64,000 nucleotides of DNA from an uncultured virus (IMG/VR IMGVR_UViG_3300037585_002406) (Duplodnaviria; Heunggongvirae; Uroviricota; Caudoviricetes; Crassvirales): IMG/VR virus record IMGVR_UViG_3300037585_002406. One strand, 5' to 3'. The notes under the pieces are model-generated. The model worked only from the letters and a program-made list of their open reading frames with translations, ran no database searches and had not been told where the DNA came from. Both the position numbers and the translations under genes were made by a program. Positions 36,628 through 48,000 of the stretch are shown here, piece after piece (position 1 is the first letter of the stretch; every line of letters begins with the position of its first letter).

Positions 36628-38037
36628 ATGGCAACATTAGGAAGTACAAGAGGTACAAATCTGCCTAATATTGATGGTGCAGCTGGTTCATTTAGAATCA
36701 CTCCTGAATCATATACAACAGTAGATTCTCTTATAAAAACAACTAAAGACGAGGTAATGCCTAAACTCGTCGAGACTTACGGTGATCAAGGCATCACTGG
36801 ATTTCTTAAACTAACAGGGGCAATTAACAGCGGCGGATCTTCAGACCAGATTGACTGGTGGGAGGCAGGTCGTCGCCACAAGTCGTTTACATACGTTGTA
36901 GGCAATATTACAAACAATACAACTTCTCTTACTGTAACTGGCGGTGACGATAACTTTACGTCTAACGTGCAGGCAAATGACGTTGTTATGGATAGCTCAA
37001 CAGGTACTCGTTATATTGTAAGTTCTGGTGGATATGGAACAGGTTCAGCTGCAAACGCAGTTATGGTTCTTCTTTCAGGAGACGCTGCAATTACATCAGG
37101 CACTCACTATGACGCAGTAGGCGGAGAGTGGATTAAGCTTGGTAACATGTACGCTCAGGGAACTAACCAGCCTACAGCATTCGACGATTTCAACGCAGTG
37201 AGAAAGTCTAACCCATTCATGATCGTTAAAGATCGTTATGAGGTTAACGGATCACAGGCTACGAATATCGGTTGGGTGAACATCGGAGGCGGTGAGTACC
37301 GTTGGTTTATGAAGGGTGAGCAAGAGGCTCGCGCTCGTTTTGAGGATCGTCGTGAAATGATGATGCTTTTAGGTGAGCTTCACGATGGCACTGCTGGTGC
37401 TTCTCTAACTAACGATATTGCTGGTTCTGAAGGTTACTTCGCAGCTATCGAGGATCGTGGAATCCAAGTGTCTAACGCAAACGCTAACCCACTTGACTCA
37501 TTCTCTGAGTTCGATGATATTATCATGGAGCTTGATAAGCAGGGTGCGCCATCTGAGTACGCTATGTACGTTAATAGAAAGCAAGACCTAGCTATCGACG
37601 ATATGTTAGCATCAGGTATCGCTACATCAGTAAGCGCTGGTTTACCAGGACAGTTTGGAGCATTCAACAACGACTCAGACATGGCTGTAAAGCTTGGATT
37701 TAAGTCGTTTACTCGTGGTGGATACACTTTCCACAAGCACGATTGGAAGCTTCTTAACGATCCTACTCTTCTAGGTGCATCTAACTACATTCAGGGAGCT
37801 ATGATTCCTTTGTCACAAGTTACTGACGCACGTAGCGGAATGAAGGCTCCAGCTTTAGCTATGTACTACAAGGAAGCTAACGGATATAAGCGTGAGATGG
37901 AGCACTGGGTAAGTGGTAGCATTTTGGGTCACACTAACAACGGAGATACTGGTACAGATAACGCTGTATTCCACTACCGTTCAGAGATCGCTCTTTGTAC
38001 TCGTGCAGCTAACCAGCACGTAATGATTAAGGGCTAA
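36628..38037 (+). CDS. Major capsid protein
   Basis: E.YG.Q..GFL, W.E.GR, GSEG.F.AI.DRG, LGF.SF.RGGY.FHK and Y.SE motifs; strongly biased codons; position. Confidence 0.85.
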   Translation: MATLGSTRGTNLPNIDGAAGSFRITPESYTTVDSLIKTTKDEVMPKLVETYGDQGITGFLKLTGAINSGGSSDQIDWWEAGRRHKSFTYVVGNITNNTTSLTVTGGDDNFTSNVQANDVVMDSSTGTRYIVSSGGYGTGSAANAVMVLLSGDAAITSGTHYDAVGGEWIKLGNMYAQGTNQPTAFDDFNAVRKSNPFMIVKDRYEVNGSQATNIGWVNIGGGEYRWFMKGEQEARARFEDRREMMMLLGELHDGTAGASLTNDIAGSEGYFAAIEDRGIQVSNANANPLDSFSEFDDIIMELDKQGAPSEYAMYVNRKQDLAIDDMLASGIATSVSAGLPGQFGAFNNDSDMAVKLGFKSFTRGGYTFHKHDWKLLNDPTLLGASNYIQGAMIPLSQVTDARSGMKAPALAMYYKEANGYKREMEHWVSGSILGHTNNGDTGTDNAVFHYRSEIALCTRAANQHVMIKG

Positions 38038-38065
38038 TTTTTTAACATAATAAAAACTAAAAATT

Positions 38066-38416
38066 ATGAAATACTTATATTTTTCAAACGCAGGTGGCGA
38101 GGATGCAGTAGATGACATTCTATGTATGCCTGTTTCAAAATTCAGAGGATTTGCAATCTCTGCTACTGATACTACATCTTTAGGTTTATATTTTGACAGA
38201 ATTGTAGAGGCTCTTCATGCTGACGCTGACAACGAAGCGTATGAGCTTGTAGACTTAGTAATTACTGCAGGTAAGGCTAAGGATGTTTGCTCTACTATTA
38301 TTAGAGCAATCAATAGTGGCGCTCAGGACGACATGGTAGTAGTTGCGGATGATACAAACTCTGTTTACTTATCAGACTTCATTACTAGCGTTAATGCGAT
38401 TACTATTGCATCTTAA
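38066..38416 (+). CDS. Putative capsid-decoration protein, paralog family member 1
   Basis: YLYF..P...RG..IN...VVVAD. Confidence 0.55.
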   Translation: MKYLYFSNAGGEDAVDDILCMPVSKFRGFAISATDTTSLGLYFDRIVEALHADADNEAYELVDLVITAGKAKDVCSTIIRAINSGAQDDMVVVADDTNSVYLSDFITSVNAITIAS

Positions 38417-38445
38417 TAATTACTAACTAAAAACGATTAGAAAAT

Positions 38446-39339
38446 ATGAATGATTTAATTCTTCAAAACCTAACGGTGGGGAATTTGACAAGAACTACTC
38501 CAGAAACCCTTGTGGACTGGAACTATATTGATTGTCCAGGACCTATCGTAACAAACATCGCTGGCGCTGGAGGCGCTCACGGTGTTATGGCAGACGGCGA
38601 AAAGTTTACCATGATTTTTCCTGGTAAAAACAATCAAATGACTGCATGCGCTTGTATGAACATTGGTGTTTATACAGTTGCCGCTTCAGGGTATATAATT
38701 GAAGGTGCTGTCGCAGCTACAGATGCAAGTGGCACTGCTGCTGGTCTAAACCTTCAAGGAGATGCAGCTTCTGCTGATAATACTGGACTAGAGATAATTG
38801 TAGGGGGTACGCCTTTTGGTGGCGGTTCTGCTTGCACTATCGGAGAACATGCAATGACTTTTGATGTAACCTTCCACAGTGTAGACTGGACTGACTATGA
38901 CGCTTGCGCGATTGGATTCAGAAAAATCGAAGAGTTTGAAGTTGCTCACGGGGATATCCTTGCTGCTGCTTCTGGCGATCCTGAATATACTGACTTTGTA
39001 GCTTTTGGATGTCAGTCAGCTGACGATGTTCAGATTGCAACGAGGCTTAATGATGGCACTGCAGTGTTTACAGATTCAACTGATGCAACAGCTGCTGACG
39101 GTAATCACAGATTTAAAGTGACCGTATCTGAAGCTGGTGTTGTAACATACGAGCACATTGGAGCTGCGGTAATGGAAGGCGGTACACTAGCTGCACCAAG
39201 CACTACTGCTGAATTTACTTTTGATACAGGAGACGTTGTTGTGCCTTACATGATTGTTCAGGGCGCTAACGCAAACTCTGCTGTTCACCTTAAGAGCATG
39301 AAAATAACTCGCTCACCAGGTGTTCAATATCAAGACTAA
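38446..39339 (+). CDS. Putative head decoration/fibre protein
   Basis: Beta-rich; FTFDTGDVVVP; last gene before the terminator. Confidence 0.55.
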   Translation: MNDLILQNLTVGNLTRTTPETLVDWNYIDCPGPIVTNIAGAGGAHGVMADGEKFTMIFPGKNNQMTACACMNIGVYTVAASGYIIEGAVAATDASGTAAGLNLQGDAASADNTGLEIIVGGTPFGGGSACTIGEHAMTFDVTFHSVDWTDYDACAIGFRKIEEFEVAHGDILAAASGDPEYTDFVAFGCQSADDVQIATRLNDGTAVFTDSTDATAADGNHRFKVTVSEAGVVTYEHIGAAVMEGGTLAAPSTTAEFTFDTGDVVVPYMIVQGANANSAVHLKSMKITRSPGVQYQD

Positions 39340-39362
39340 TATCTAGATTTAGACTACTACAA

Positions 39363-39390
39363 GAAAGGGGCTTCGGCCCCTTTTTTATTT
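39363..39390 (+). terminator. Rho-independent terminator
   Basis: AAGGGGC-TTCG-GCCCCTT followed by a T-tract. Confidence 0.92.
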
Positions 39391-39405
39391 TCGTATATTT
39401 GTGAT

Positions 39406-39720
39406 ATGAAGAAATTCTTATTTTTTGCCAATAGCACAGGAGATGCTGGTCTACTCCTTGCAGAGGATTTAGTAGAAATGAATGTAGATGATGATGGAGA
39501 CTCCCTTACGTTATCATTCAAAGATAAACATGGCTATTTAGGAGCTGCAACAAGGATCCCTTTAACAATAACAACACATGCTGGTAAAGAAATAATAAAT
39601 GCATTAAGTGAAGAAATTACATTTGGGGAGGATGCTATGATCGTAGTAGCTGATGAAATAAACTCTATATTCTTTCACGATGACATTACAGCTGTAGCAA
39701 CCTCAATCTCCAATTTATAA
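39406..39720 (+). CDS. Paralog family member 2
   Basis: KFLFF..EEITFG..IVVAD. Confidence 0.55.
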   Translation: MKKFLFFANSTGDAGLLLAEDLVEMNVDDDGDSLTLSFKDKHGYLGAATRIPLTITTHAGKEIINALSEEITFGEDAMIVVADEINSIFFHDDITAVATSISNL

Positions 39721-39721
39721 G

Positions 39722-40585
39722 ATGGCTCTATCACCAGACGAAAAATTTATATATGTAAATCCAGATACAAATCCTGGAGAATATAATTCAGCTCATTTAT
39801 TCCCCGTTAAGTATTTACGTGGATTAAATAACTTTATTACAAACGATGCCGCGATATACCTTTATTTTAGGGGGCCAGCGGATGGAGTGAGTACACGAAT
39901 CCTGATTTCTATAACGAGTGGAAAAGTAAAGGAGTTTTTTACGCAGTTTATAGATGAAATTAATTTTGGAGAAAAGTCAGTAATAACTTTAGCAGACAGA
40001 AATATATCTGTAGATGCTACAACGGGCGGAACCGACTTTCAGCACGTAAATGCATATATACCAGCCGCTATACTTAACGATAGTGCGGGCTTAGGTTATG
40101 AAGATGTGAATGTGGGAGAGGATTTAGATGTCGGGGGAGATTTAACTGTAAATTCTGGTGTCTCTAATATAGAGACTAGAAAGTTTTCTATTACTGGCAA
40201 TACAGACGGGACATACATAGGAGATGTGGTCTTTTTTGGTAGTACAACATCAATGACTACGGGTGCTTTATACCATTATAAATCTGATGGAACGTGGGAG
40301 CTTGCAGATGCAGACGCTGTTGCCACTTGTGACGGAATGTTAGCTATAGCATTAGGAGCAGCTTCTGACGATGATGGGATGCTGTTAAGAGGTATGGTGA
40401 CGTTAGATCATGATCCAGGTGCAGTGGGGGACGTGTTATTTGCATCAACAACAGCGGGTGATATTACCGCTACAGCGCCATCAGGCAATAACGATATTGT
40501 AAGGATTGTGGGTTATTGTTTAAACGCTAGTAATGGTCAAATATGGTTTAACCCAGACAATACGTTTGTAGAAGTAACTGCATAA
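39722..40585 (+). CDS. Paralog family member 3 with a fibre-like C-terminal domain
   Basis: DEINFG..ITLAD, then W.LADAD..TAPSG.NDIVR.VGY..FNPD. Confidence 0.6.
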   Translation: MALSPDEKFIYVNPDTNPGEYNSAHLFPVKYLRGLNNFITNDAAIYLYFRGPADGVSTRILISITSGKVKEFFTQFIDEINFGEKSVITLADRNISVDATTGGTDFQHVNAYIPAAILNDSAGLGYEDVNVGEDLDVGGDLTVNSGVSNIETRKFSITGNTDGTYIGDVVFFGSTTSMTTGALYHYKSDGTWELADADAVATCDGMLAIALGAASDDDGMLLRGMVTLDHDPGAVGDVLFASTTAGDITATAPSGNNDIVRIVGYCLNASNGQIWFNPDNTFVEVTA

Positions 40586-41145
40586 TGGCTACTACAACAT
40601 CTTTTCCAACAGCAGTAAATGACCCTAGTAGTACAAACGCAGCAAATGCTTTTGCGGACGATGGAACAGCTACTGATTTAATATTTTCTACTGATAGTGA
40701 TATTACGTGGTCTAGTTTTAGTAGTTTATCAATACCTGGTGGAGCGACTATTAATGGTATAGAAATAATTGTTGAAGCTCGAGGAAAAGCGACCCCAAAC
40801 CTTCCAGAGTTTTCAGTTTATAATGGTACCTCTTGGAGTAGTACACTTGCTTTCAGCGGGACTCTTACTAGATTTCTCACTGTTTATGACCCAGGTTGGG
40901 GATCAAGCTCTAACTTATGGGGATTGTCTTGGGATGCTACAACAGCCGCTGGAATTCAAATTAAGGTAGACAATAGCACTTTAGGAAGTGGTAGAAGTTG
41001 GGCGTGTGATTTTTTAAAAGTTAAAGTTACATATACAGAAGCAAGCGGTTATGGACATGATGTAAATAGCGTAGGATCCTCTAGCATAGGCAAAGTCAAC
41101 AGCGTTGCTACAGCGAACATAGGCAAAGTCAACAGCGTTGATTAA
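40585..41145 (+). CDS. Fibre-tip-like protein with IGKVNSV repeats
   Basis: IPGGATINGIEI..GSSSNLWG; 23-nt exact direct repeat at the 3' end. Confidence 0.55.
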   Translation: MATTTSFPTAVNDPSSTNAANAFADDGTATDLIFSTDSDITWSSFSSLSIPGGATINGIEIIVEARGKATPNLPEFSVYNGTSWSSTLAFSGTLTRFLTVYDPGWGSSSNLWGLSWDATTAAGIQIKVDNSTLGSGRSWACDFLKVKVTYTEASGYGHDVNSVGSSSIGKVNSVATANIGKVNSVD

Positions 41146-41161
41146 TTAGTATATTTGCAGT

Positions 41162-42559
41162 ATGTCCGTAAGAAAGTATTTTTTATTCCGTAGATTCGAT
41201 CCAATAGGTCCTGTAAAGAGGATATCCGAGAACGGAAAAGATATACCTATAATTGGTATACCTGCGGATAAGATATCGTTTATATCTGCGGGTAAGGGTG
41301 AAATAAACATCACGTTTAACGATGCTGGAGTTTATGAGGATAGTCAAATGTTTGTTGGAGATTCTATAGAAAAAACCAACATTACCATAGCTTGTATAGA
41401 GGGCGAGGAGATGTCTATGATGGAGAAGATTATGCTTTTCTCAAGCAGCGATACAGGTAAGGCTATTATGAAGTTTGATGTCCTAGATGGAAACTCACCG
41501 CTTAAGGAGGCTAGACTCGTAAATGTATCGGACATGGCTACTAAGATCAAATCTCAACCTACGGAGAGGGTTTCTCAAAAAATAAGTACAGGAGATCCAG
41601 CGTCTAGATTCAGAAACATTATAGCGGATATAAACTTCGGTAGTAGAGACAATAAACCTTTCTTGGATTATAATCATGAGCTACTTGGGGGTAGTGATGA
41701 AAGCAGTATAACAATTTGGAGAAATTCAGGTACAGGCTTATCTACATATAACCTTGCAAACCTAAGTAATGGCGATACGGGATCAGATGGCACAACGGGA
41801 ACGCATGTAACGGTTGAGACCGACACCACGGCGGCTACTACGGGGTTGAGCAAGACGTGTGCTCAATTTGCTATAGATTCATATTTAAACATTCCAGATG
41901 TTAGAATAGAAAATGATTACACTATATATTTTGCCATAGGCGATCCGTCAGGAGGTACTGGATCTTTTGGGGTTTTATTTGGTGATGATGCTGGAGAGAC
42001 GTTAGGGTTTTCTAAAGATGGATTTAATGGTGTCTTTACAATGAGACACGAAGGGCTAGAAGGTAATCCATTTGAAATGAGGACAAATACCAACGAGAGC
42101 GGGTCTGTGCGTTATGAATTCCCAGATACATCAAGGAGTACAGACATAGGGGCAAGGCAGTTCTGTTATACATTTGTCATCAGGAGAGATAAGGATTTTA
42201 ATATATATTTGCACAACCACGAAGGTGAAATTGTTGCTTTTGTTCCAGCATTTACGGAGAGGAGCACAAGTAAAACTATAACTAAACTTAAATCAGAGAA
42301 AACACCATCATCTGTACGTATAGTTGATAAAAAATATGATAAAGAAAAAATTCCTTTTAGATCCAAAGTAACCACTGGCACTGCAGGTAGAACTGATGGA
42401 AACCTATTACTGCAAAGGCTTGGAACTTCTGGAACAAATAACGAAACTAGCTTTGCTGGAACTTTAGCAAGGTTTGGTGTCATCAAAAGAGATATAGGAG
42501 ACGGAAACGCATCGCAATTAGCGCAAGACTTGTACGAACTGTACAAACCTACAACATAA
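41162..42559 (+). CDS. Paralog family member 4 with a LamG-like C-terminal domain
   Basis: KYFLF..IPADKI N-terminus and a beta-sandwich C-terminus. Confidence 0.5.
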   Translation: MSVRKYFLFRRFDPIGPVKRISENGKDIPIIGIPADKISFISAGKGEINITFNDAGVYEDSQMFVGDSIEKTNITIACIEGEEMSMMEKIMLFSSSDTGKAIMKFDVLDGNSPLKEARLVNVSDMATKIKSQPTERVSQKISTGDPASRFRNIIADINFGSRDNKPFLDYNHELLGGSDESSITIWRNSGTGLSTYNLANLSNGDTGSDGTTGTHVTVETDTTAATTGLSKTCAQFAIDSYLNIPDVRIENDYTIYFAIGDPSGGTGSFGVLFGDDAGETLGFSKDGFNGVFTMRHEGLEGNPFEMRTNTNESGSVRYEFPDTSRSTDIGARQFCYTFVIRRDKDFNIYLHNHEGEIVAFVPAFTERSTSKTITKLKSEKTPSSVRIVDKKYDKEKIPFRSKVTTGTAGRTDGNLLLQRLGTSGTNNETSFAGTLARFGVIKRDIGDGNASQLAQDLYELYKPTT

Positions 42560-42576
42560 ATTAAATTAAATACATA

Positions 42577-43449
42577 ATGACAAAAGCAAAAGTGGCTACT
42601 GAGGGCCCTAAAACTCAGACGAAAGAGGTTGTTTCTAGGGAAGCAGTAATGGAAGAACTGGATAAACAACAACCCAAGGTGGTAACACAGGCACCGCCTA
42701 AAAAGAAAAGAAATATTAAGCGTAAAGAGCAGGTTTTGCACCATGCGGAATACGAGATACCAAAAAGTGCAGGTATAGTGTATATGCTACCACAGAAGGG
42801 TATTACCGTATATGATTCCGATAAGGACACCGTGCGTGAGATGCGCTACTGTCCAAACGAACCATCTATATGGGCTGACGAACAGGGCGATAATGCGCGT
42901 AAAGAAACTGTAGCATTTAGAGAGGGTAAATTATTTGTACCTAAAGACAAGCCAAATTTACGTAAGTTTATGGATCTACACCCTATGAATATGGCAAATG
43001 GCGGTAAGGTTTTTAAAAACGTAGACAAGAAGAAAGATGCCGAGAATGAGCTTAAGAAGGAGTTTAAGCTAACTGAGGCGGTCGCTATGGTGAGGGATAA
43101 GGACATTAATGAACTGCTCCCTATAGCCCTGTATTTCGGTATAAACGTCAACACACCAGTATCTGAGATAAGATACAATCTATTAAACATTGCAAAGAAG
43201 AAGACGGAGGAATTTATCCAATCGTTTGATTCACCGCAGGTTCAGGTTAGATCAAGTATTCAGCAAGCTAAGGACTATCAGATTATAAATCTTAAGTCTG
43301 ACGGTTGTTACTGGTTTGATACCAATAAACTAATAGTATCTGTTCCTGTTGGACAGGAATCTATAGATGTTATGGTGAGATTTTGTCTTACCGAGAAGGG
43401 ATCCCCTGTACTATCTACTATAGAAGAAAGGTTAGATAGGCTGGGATAA
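42577..43449 (+). CDS. Conserved structural protein (crAss-like portal-vertex/auxiliary protein)
   Basis: REMRYC.NE.SI..DEQ..F..G.LFV..L.KF...HP.N. Confidence 0.6.
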   Translation: MTKAKVATEGPKTQTKEVVSREAVMEELDKQQPKVVTQAPPKKKRNIKRKEQVLHHAEYEIPKSAGIVYMLPQKGITVYDSDKDTVREMRYCPNEPSIWADEQGDNARKETVAFREGKLFVPKDKPNLRKFMDLHPMNMANGGKVFKNVDKKKDAENELKKEFKLTEAVAMVRDKDINELLPIALYFGINVNTPVSEIRYNLLNIAKKKTEEFIQSFDSPQVQVRSSIQQAKDYQIINLKSDGCYWFDTNKLIVSVPVGQESIDVMVRFCLTEKGSPVLSTIEERLDRLG

Positions 43450-43476
43450 GCTCATGATACGATACTGCAAAGACGA

Positions 43477-43504
43477 GCCGCCTATTATGGCGGCTTTTCT
43501 TTTT
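43477..43504 (+). terminator. Rho-independent terminator
   Basis: AGCCGCC-TATTAT-GGCGGCT followed by a T-tract. Confidence 0.85.
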
Positions 43505-43518
43505 CGTATATTTGTGAT

Positions 43519-44256
43519 ATGGCTAGCGTACAAGCAGTATATAACTCATTAAAAGATCTGACCAACAAGGAGCAGAAGGGGTTCATCACTCCTCAGATAT
43601 TCAATTCATTAGCTTCTTTGGCTCAGATGAACGTATTTAATGAGTTTTTTACAGAGCTTGTAGATATTCAAAAACTGTCTAGGCAGAACTTCGAGTTAGG
43701 TGGAGACAAGTCTAGGAGGAAACAAAAGCTTGAGGATCTTTCCTTTATGGTAAGAGACGCTGAGATTTCGTCAACAGACAATGTATTTCTAAAGCCTAAC
43801 GATTTGTCTAGAATTATATCAATAAGGGTAAACGACACATTTGTTTTCAATAGCACAGACTCTCGCACTCTATGTGAAATACTGTATGATGTACAAAAAA
43901 TGAATGCTATATTAGGTAGCAATCTGTCTACGCCTACGGAGTCATTTCCTGTTGCCTTAATTTCTGGTGAAATTGAAGTATTCCCAAGCACTATAAATTC
44001 TATAATAGTAACGTATTACAAGAGACCTACAGCGTTTGTTGTCGCAACAAGAGATGAGGTTCCTGTCCAGCCAGCCTGGAACGGGTTTGAGCAACCAGAT
44101 GGAACTCTTCAATTTAACCCCATGGCTAGTTTTGATTTTATGCTACCCGAACACTGTGTACCTGAATTGGTAAACGAAATGGCTAAGCTACTGGGTGTAC
44201 GCCTAAGAGATAACGCCGTGCAACCTTTTGCAACAAGAGAAGAAGCCGCTGAATAA
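43519..44256 (+). CDS. Tail ring/adaptor protein
   Basis: VY......NKEQ.GFITP..FN..A..AQ..Y.KRP..DF.LP. Confidence 0.7.
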   Translation: MASVQAVYNSLKDLTNKEQKGFITPQIFNSLASLAQMNVFNEFFTELVDIQKLSRQNFELGGDKSRRKQKLEDLSFMVRDAEISSTDNVFLKPNDLSRIISIRVNDTFVFNSTDSRTLCEILYDVQKMNAILGSNLSTPTESFPVALISGEIEVFPSTINSIIVTYYKRPTAFVVATRDEVPVQPAWNGFEQPDGTLQFNPMASFDFMLPEHCVPELVNEMAKLLGVRLRDNAVQPFATREEAAE

Positions 44257-45098
44257 TGAGTATGAACAAAGTAAAACTGAGCCAAATAATCCGTGATTGG
44301 GTGATCACTATGGATACAGATGATTACGTTAGTAACGTATCGGATGTAGCTATACGTAACTTTGCATTAAGGGGTATCCGCGAGATAGGATTTGATCTGG
44401 GTAAAAAGATAAAGTCTATAAAATTATCTGTAGAGTCTAATGATACGATAACCCTACCTGACGACTTTGTAGATGTTAGCAAAATAGGCGTTGTGGGCGG
44501 TGATGGTATTATAAGGGCCCTTACTATGAATGGTAACCTAAACTATTCTAGAAAATACGAGGTCGATTCATCAGACACGGCTACAAACGAAACACATGAT
44601 AGTGAAGAGGGACCGCTTAATATTGAGGCAAACCTCGTAAAGGACAGGCAGGATGATAAAACAACTACAGGTTCTAATTCAGATTCCGACGGCTTTAATG
44701 CGTTCATTTTTGAAAACTATATATTCCAGGGCGGTACAGGTAGATTGTACGGCGTTGGAGGCGGTTCTTCTCCTGGTGAGTTCAGGATAAATCTAGATCA
44801 GAATAGAATAGAGGTATCTGTCAATACGGATTTTACCAACCTTGTTATGGAATACGTTGCAGATGAGGCAAGATCTACGGATCCTGAAGTTCACATATAT
44901 GCAGAAGAAGCTCTTAGATGTTATTTATACTATAAGCTAGTTGAGCGTAAAGCAAGCGTGCCAGCTAACGAAAAAGCAAGAGCGCGTACCGAATGGTACA
45001 ACGAAAGAAGAAAAGCAAACGCTAGATTAAGTCACTTTACCAAGGATGAGGCTCTTAAGGTTATACGTAAGAATTTCATGCAGGCACCTAAGTTCTAA
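44256..45098 (+). CDS. Tail ring/tubular protein
   Basis: A.RG..E.GFD..LPDDFV..V.EYVAD..VH..AEEAL..KANARL. Confidence 0.7.
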   Translation: MSMNKVKLSQIIRDWVITMDTDDYVSNVSDVAIRNFALRGIREIGFDLGKKIKSIKLSVESNDTITLPDDFVDVSKIGVVGGDGIIRALTMNGNLNYSRKYEVDSSDTATNETHDSEEGPLNIEANLVKDRQDDKTTTGSNSDSDGFNAFIFENYIFQGGTGRLYGVGGGSSPGEFRINLDQNRIEVSVNTDFTNLVMEYVADEARSTDPEVHIYAEEALRCYLYYKLVERKASVPANEKARARTEWYNERRKANARLSHFTKDEALKVIRKNFMQAPKF

Positions 45099-48000
45099 TG
45101 ATAGATAAGTTAACACCTCGGTCTCTGGATAAAAGTTCAGATTATAGGCTTGTACCTAAAACAAGCATGATCGACGCGCTTAATGTTTATATTACAGATG
45201 ACGTAGACGGGGATACAGGTAACGTAGGTGGGTTAAAGAACCTTAGGGGTAATACAGACGTTATGTATGCAAGTGATTCTGACTACCCCTCAAATTCTCA
45301 AGATGTAGTTCTAAAGGTTATAGGTAGTGTAACAGACATTAAAACTAAGATATGCTATTTCTTTGTGTGGAGTCAGGTTGCTGCGGATCATGGTGTATGG
45401 GCTTACGATAAGTACGGTAAATTACCTTTATCAAAAACAGAAGCTCAAGGTGTACCAAACTCTTTAAGAAGAATATTTACATCGACTCAATTTAATTTTC
45501 CAGAACATGGATTTGTAAAAGGCGATGTGGTATACACAAATACCAACGAATTTGAAAAGCATGATCGTATTGTAGACTTTTTAGACTACGATGGAAACGA
45601 AGGATTAAAGGTGGATTTCGAAAAGGATGCCATCCTTTATTTTACAGATAATGTAAACGAGCCCAGAAAGATAAATATATACAGAGCCTTACTTGAAAAG
45701 GACGATCTCTTTACTACGGATGAATATACAGGCGACAATGCTCTTGAGCTCACAGATTTTATATGTGCGTGTCCTAAGGTGCCACTAGATAGAATAAGTT
45801 TTGAATTTGATGCAGACCTGTCTAGATCGACAAACAACTTCGCAGCCGCTCCAGGATTCCAGTTTGCATATCAGAACATATATATAGATAAATTAGAGAC
45901 TGCTATATCTGCATATTCACCTGCAGCATTTCCACCGTCTATTGTAAATAGAGGTGCTGCACAGACTACGGATTTATTGTCTCATAATGTGTGTTTATTG
46001 AAGATACCAGAGGTGGGCCCAGAGGTTGAGCGAATAAGGATATTGGCTAGGTATGAGAATTCTGCAAACTTTTTTGAAATAGATGAAGTAAGCAATATAG
46101 AGTCTGAGACAGCTAACTGGGATTTAGAAACAAGAACTTATAAATTCTACAACGATAGGGTTGCTTCGGGTGTATCTCCACAAGAAGTTAAGAAGACTTT
46201 TGATAATGTGCCGAGAAAGGCGCAAGCCCAGACGGCAATATCGAACCGCCTCATGTATGGAAACTACTTGGAGCAATTTGACAATGTTGATACCAAATGT
46301 GATGCAAAGGTTGTATATAAACCTAGGCCTCAAGATTATTTAGATCTTGTCATCAGAGCAACACCCAGTATCGAGCCTGGAAGTTTCGGTCAAAATAAAG
46401 GTGTAGGTTTTGAGATAGACACCAAGGAAATACCTAGAAAAATATACGCAGGCACCGTTATAAATATAGTTATAGAGTACGAACCAGATAGAAACTTTCA
46501 TCTATACCAAGCGCATAATGTAAGGAGGTGGCGTGAAAATGGCATTAGCGATTATACGTACCATCAGAATAGACATATGGGGCCGAATATAGCTAACGCT
46601 ACTGGGTGGCCTAGGTATCCCCTTATAGAAAATAACAACAGATATAGACCTCAGGGTGAGTCCTGGGATGGGGAGGCAGAACAGGGTGAGTACAGTCAAC
46701 CTTGGGGCTCTTCGGCTAATAACGGAACTCATGATGAATCTCAGGCGCACTATATGACAAGAGGTGATAATGACGGTACTGATAGATGGGTAAATAGCAG
46801 ATATTCAGGGGCTAACTTTTTAGAGGAATATGGGTATAGATATTTTGGGTGGAATTTTGGTGTAGGTGCTGAGGGTACTGAAGAGGGTGCAGACTGGATT
46901 GAGAGTAGCAGCTCAAATGGAAATAACAATAATCCGAGGTGGTCCGACACATCCTTCACTGCCCTAACAGCTGGAAGTAGTGTCGAGGCAGATGCACCTG
47001 AATTCAGTGCTCGATACGGAACAAGTGCGGGTAACCCTCTAATTCTACAGGGCTGTAAGCTTCAATTTGAGGTTAAGTTTACTGTTGTACAGGACGAATT
47101 ATGGAATGGTGACGATCTGGTTGCGGCTACTATAGTCGAGGCTCTTGCTGGTGCTAATGGAGAAGCGGTTGGTGTAGTTGCTAGTGAACTTATTGAAGCT
47201 ACAGGCCTTCAGCCTGGGACAATGGGTACTGGTATATTTAGTTTTCAATCTAAAATACAAATAGACGTAGAAAACGATGTTACAAAAGTCTATAGACATG
47301 AGTACGATCTGGGGTTGAATTACGAGGCTGAGGAGGGACACTTAACAAGCCATAGCTTTGAATTTCCAACCATAATCCCAGGAGACACCTATAGCAATCT
47401 GATAGTAGGTGTGGCAAATGACGGTGGAGCTACAGGATTATCAGACTATATCAATGGGGTTTTAGTTACTGCTGAAGATGTGGGTAACACGCTTCGTCGA
47501 GGTTACGCTGAAGCACTTAGACACCAAAGGACAGCTCCTCCTGCTGGCGCATTTATAATAAATAAGGCTAGTATTGACTTTTACATAGAGACTATAGAGG
47601 ACGATGATATGGATCCTATTTATGAGGGTTATGGAGGGTTTAGAAAGAAGGCTCGTATTGCTATATCTAAAATAGAGGTTGAAGAAGAAGATGTCCTTAC
47701 CTGTGTAAGGCGTGCGGAGGGTAACTCTCCGTGGTGGCTTTTAAATAAAGATAGCATAATAGCTATGCAGAGTTACTTTGCAGACCTCGACAGTACTTCA
47801 ACAATGTCTGGCTTAGATACGCCTGGCGATGTTGCTAATAAGTTTTATGTATCAAATTCTGTCTGGGGTGGCCCTACCAATCATACTTGGTACAAGGCTT
47901 TTAAGCCTAAACACGACATCAATGAAATGGTGGAATCGGCTGGGGATACGTCAGGCAATTTTTATGAATACATTCAAGTTATGAGAAACTGCTTTGGGAG

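Noticed and set aside
41085..41140. 23-nt exact direct repeat as an att site
   Set aside because: It is an in-frame 33-nt-period duplication encoding IGKVNSV, and no integrase is present in the window.
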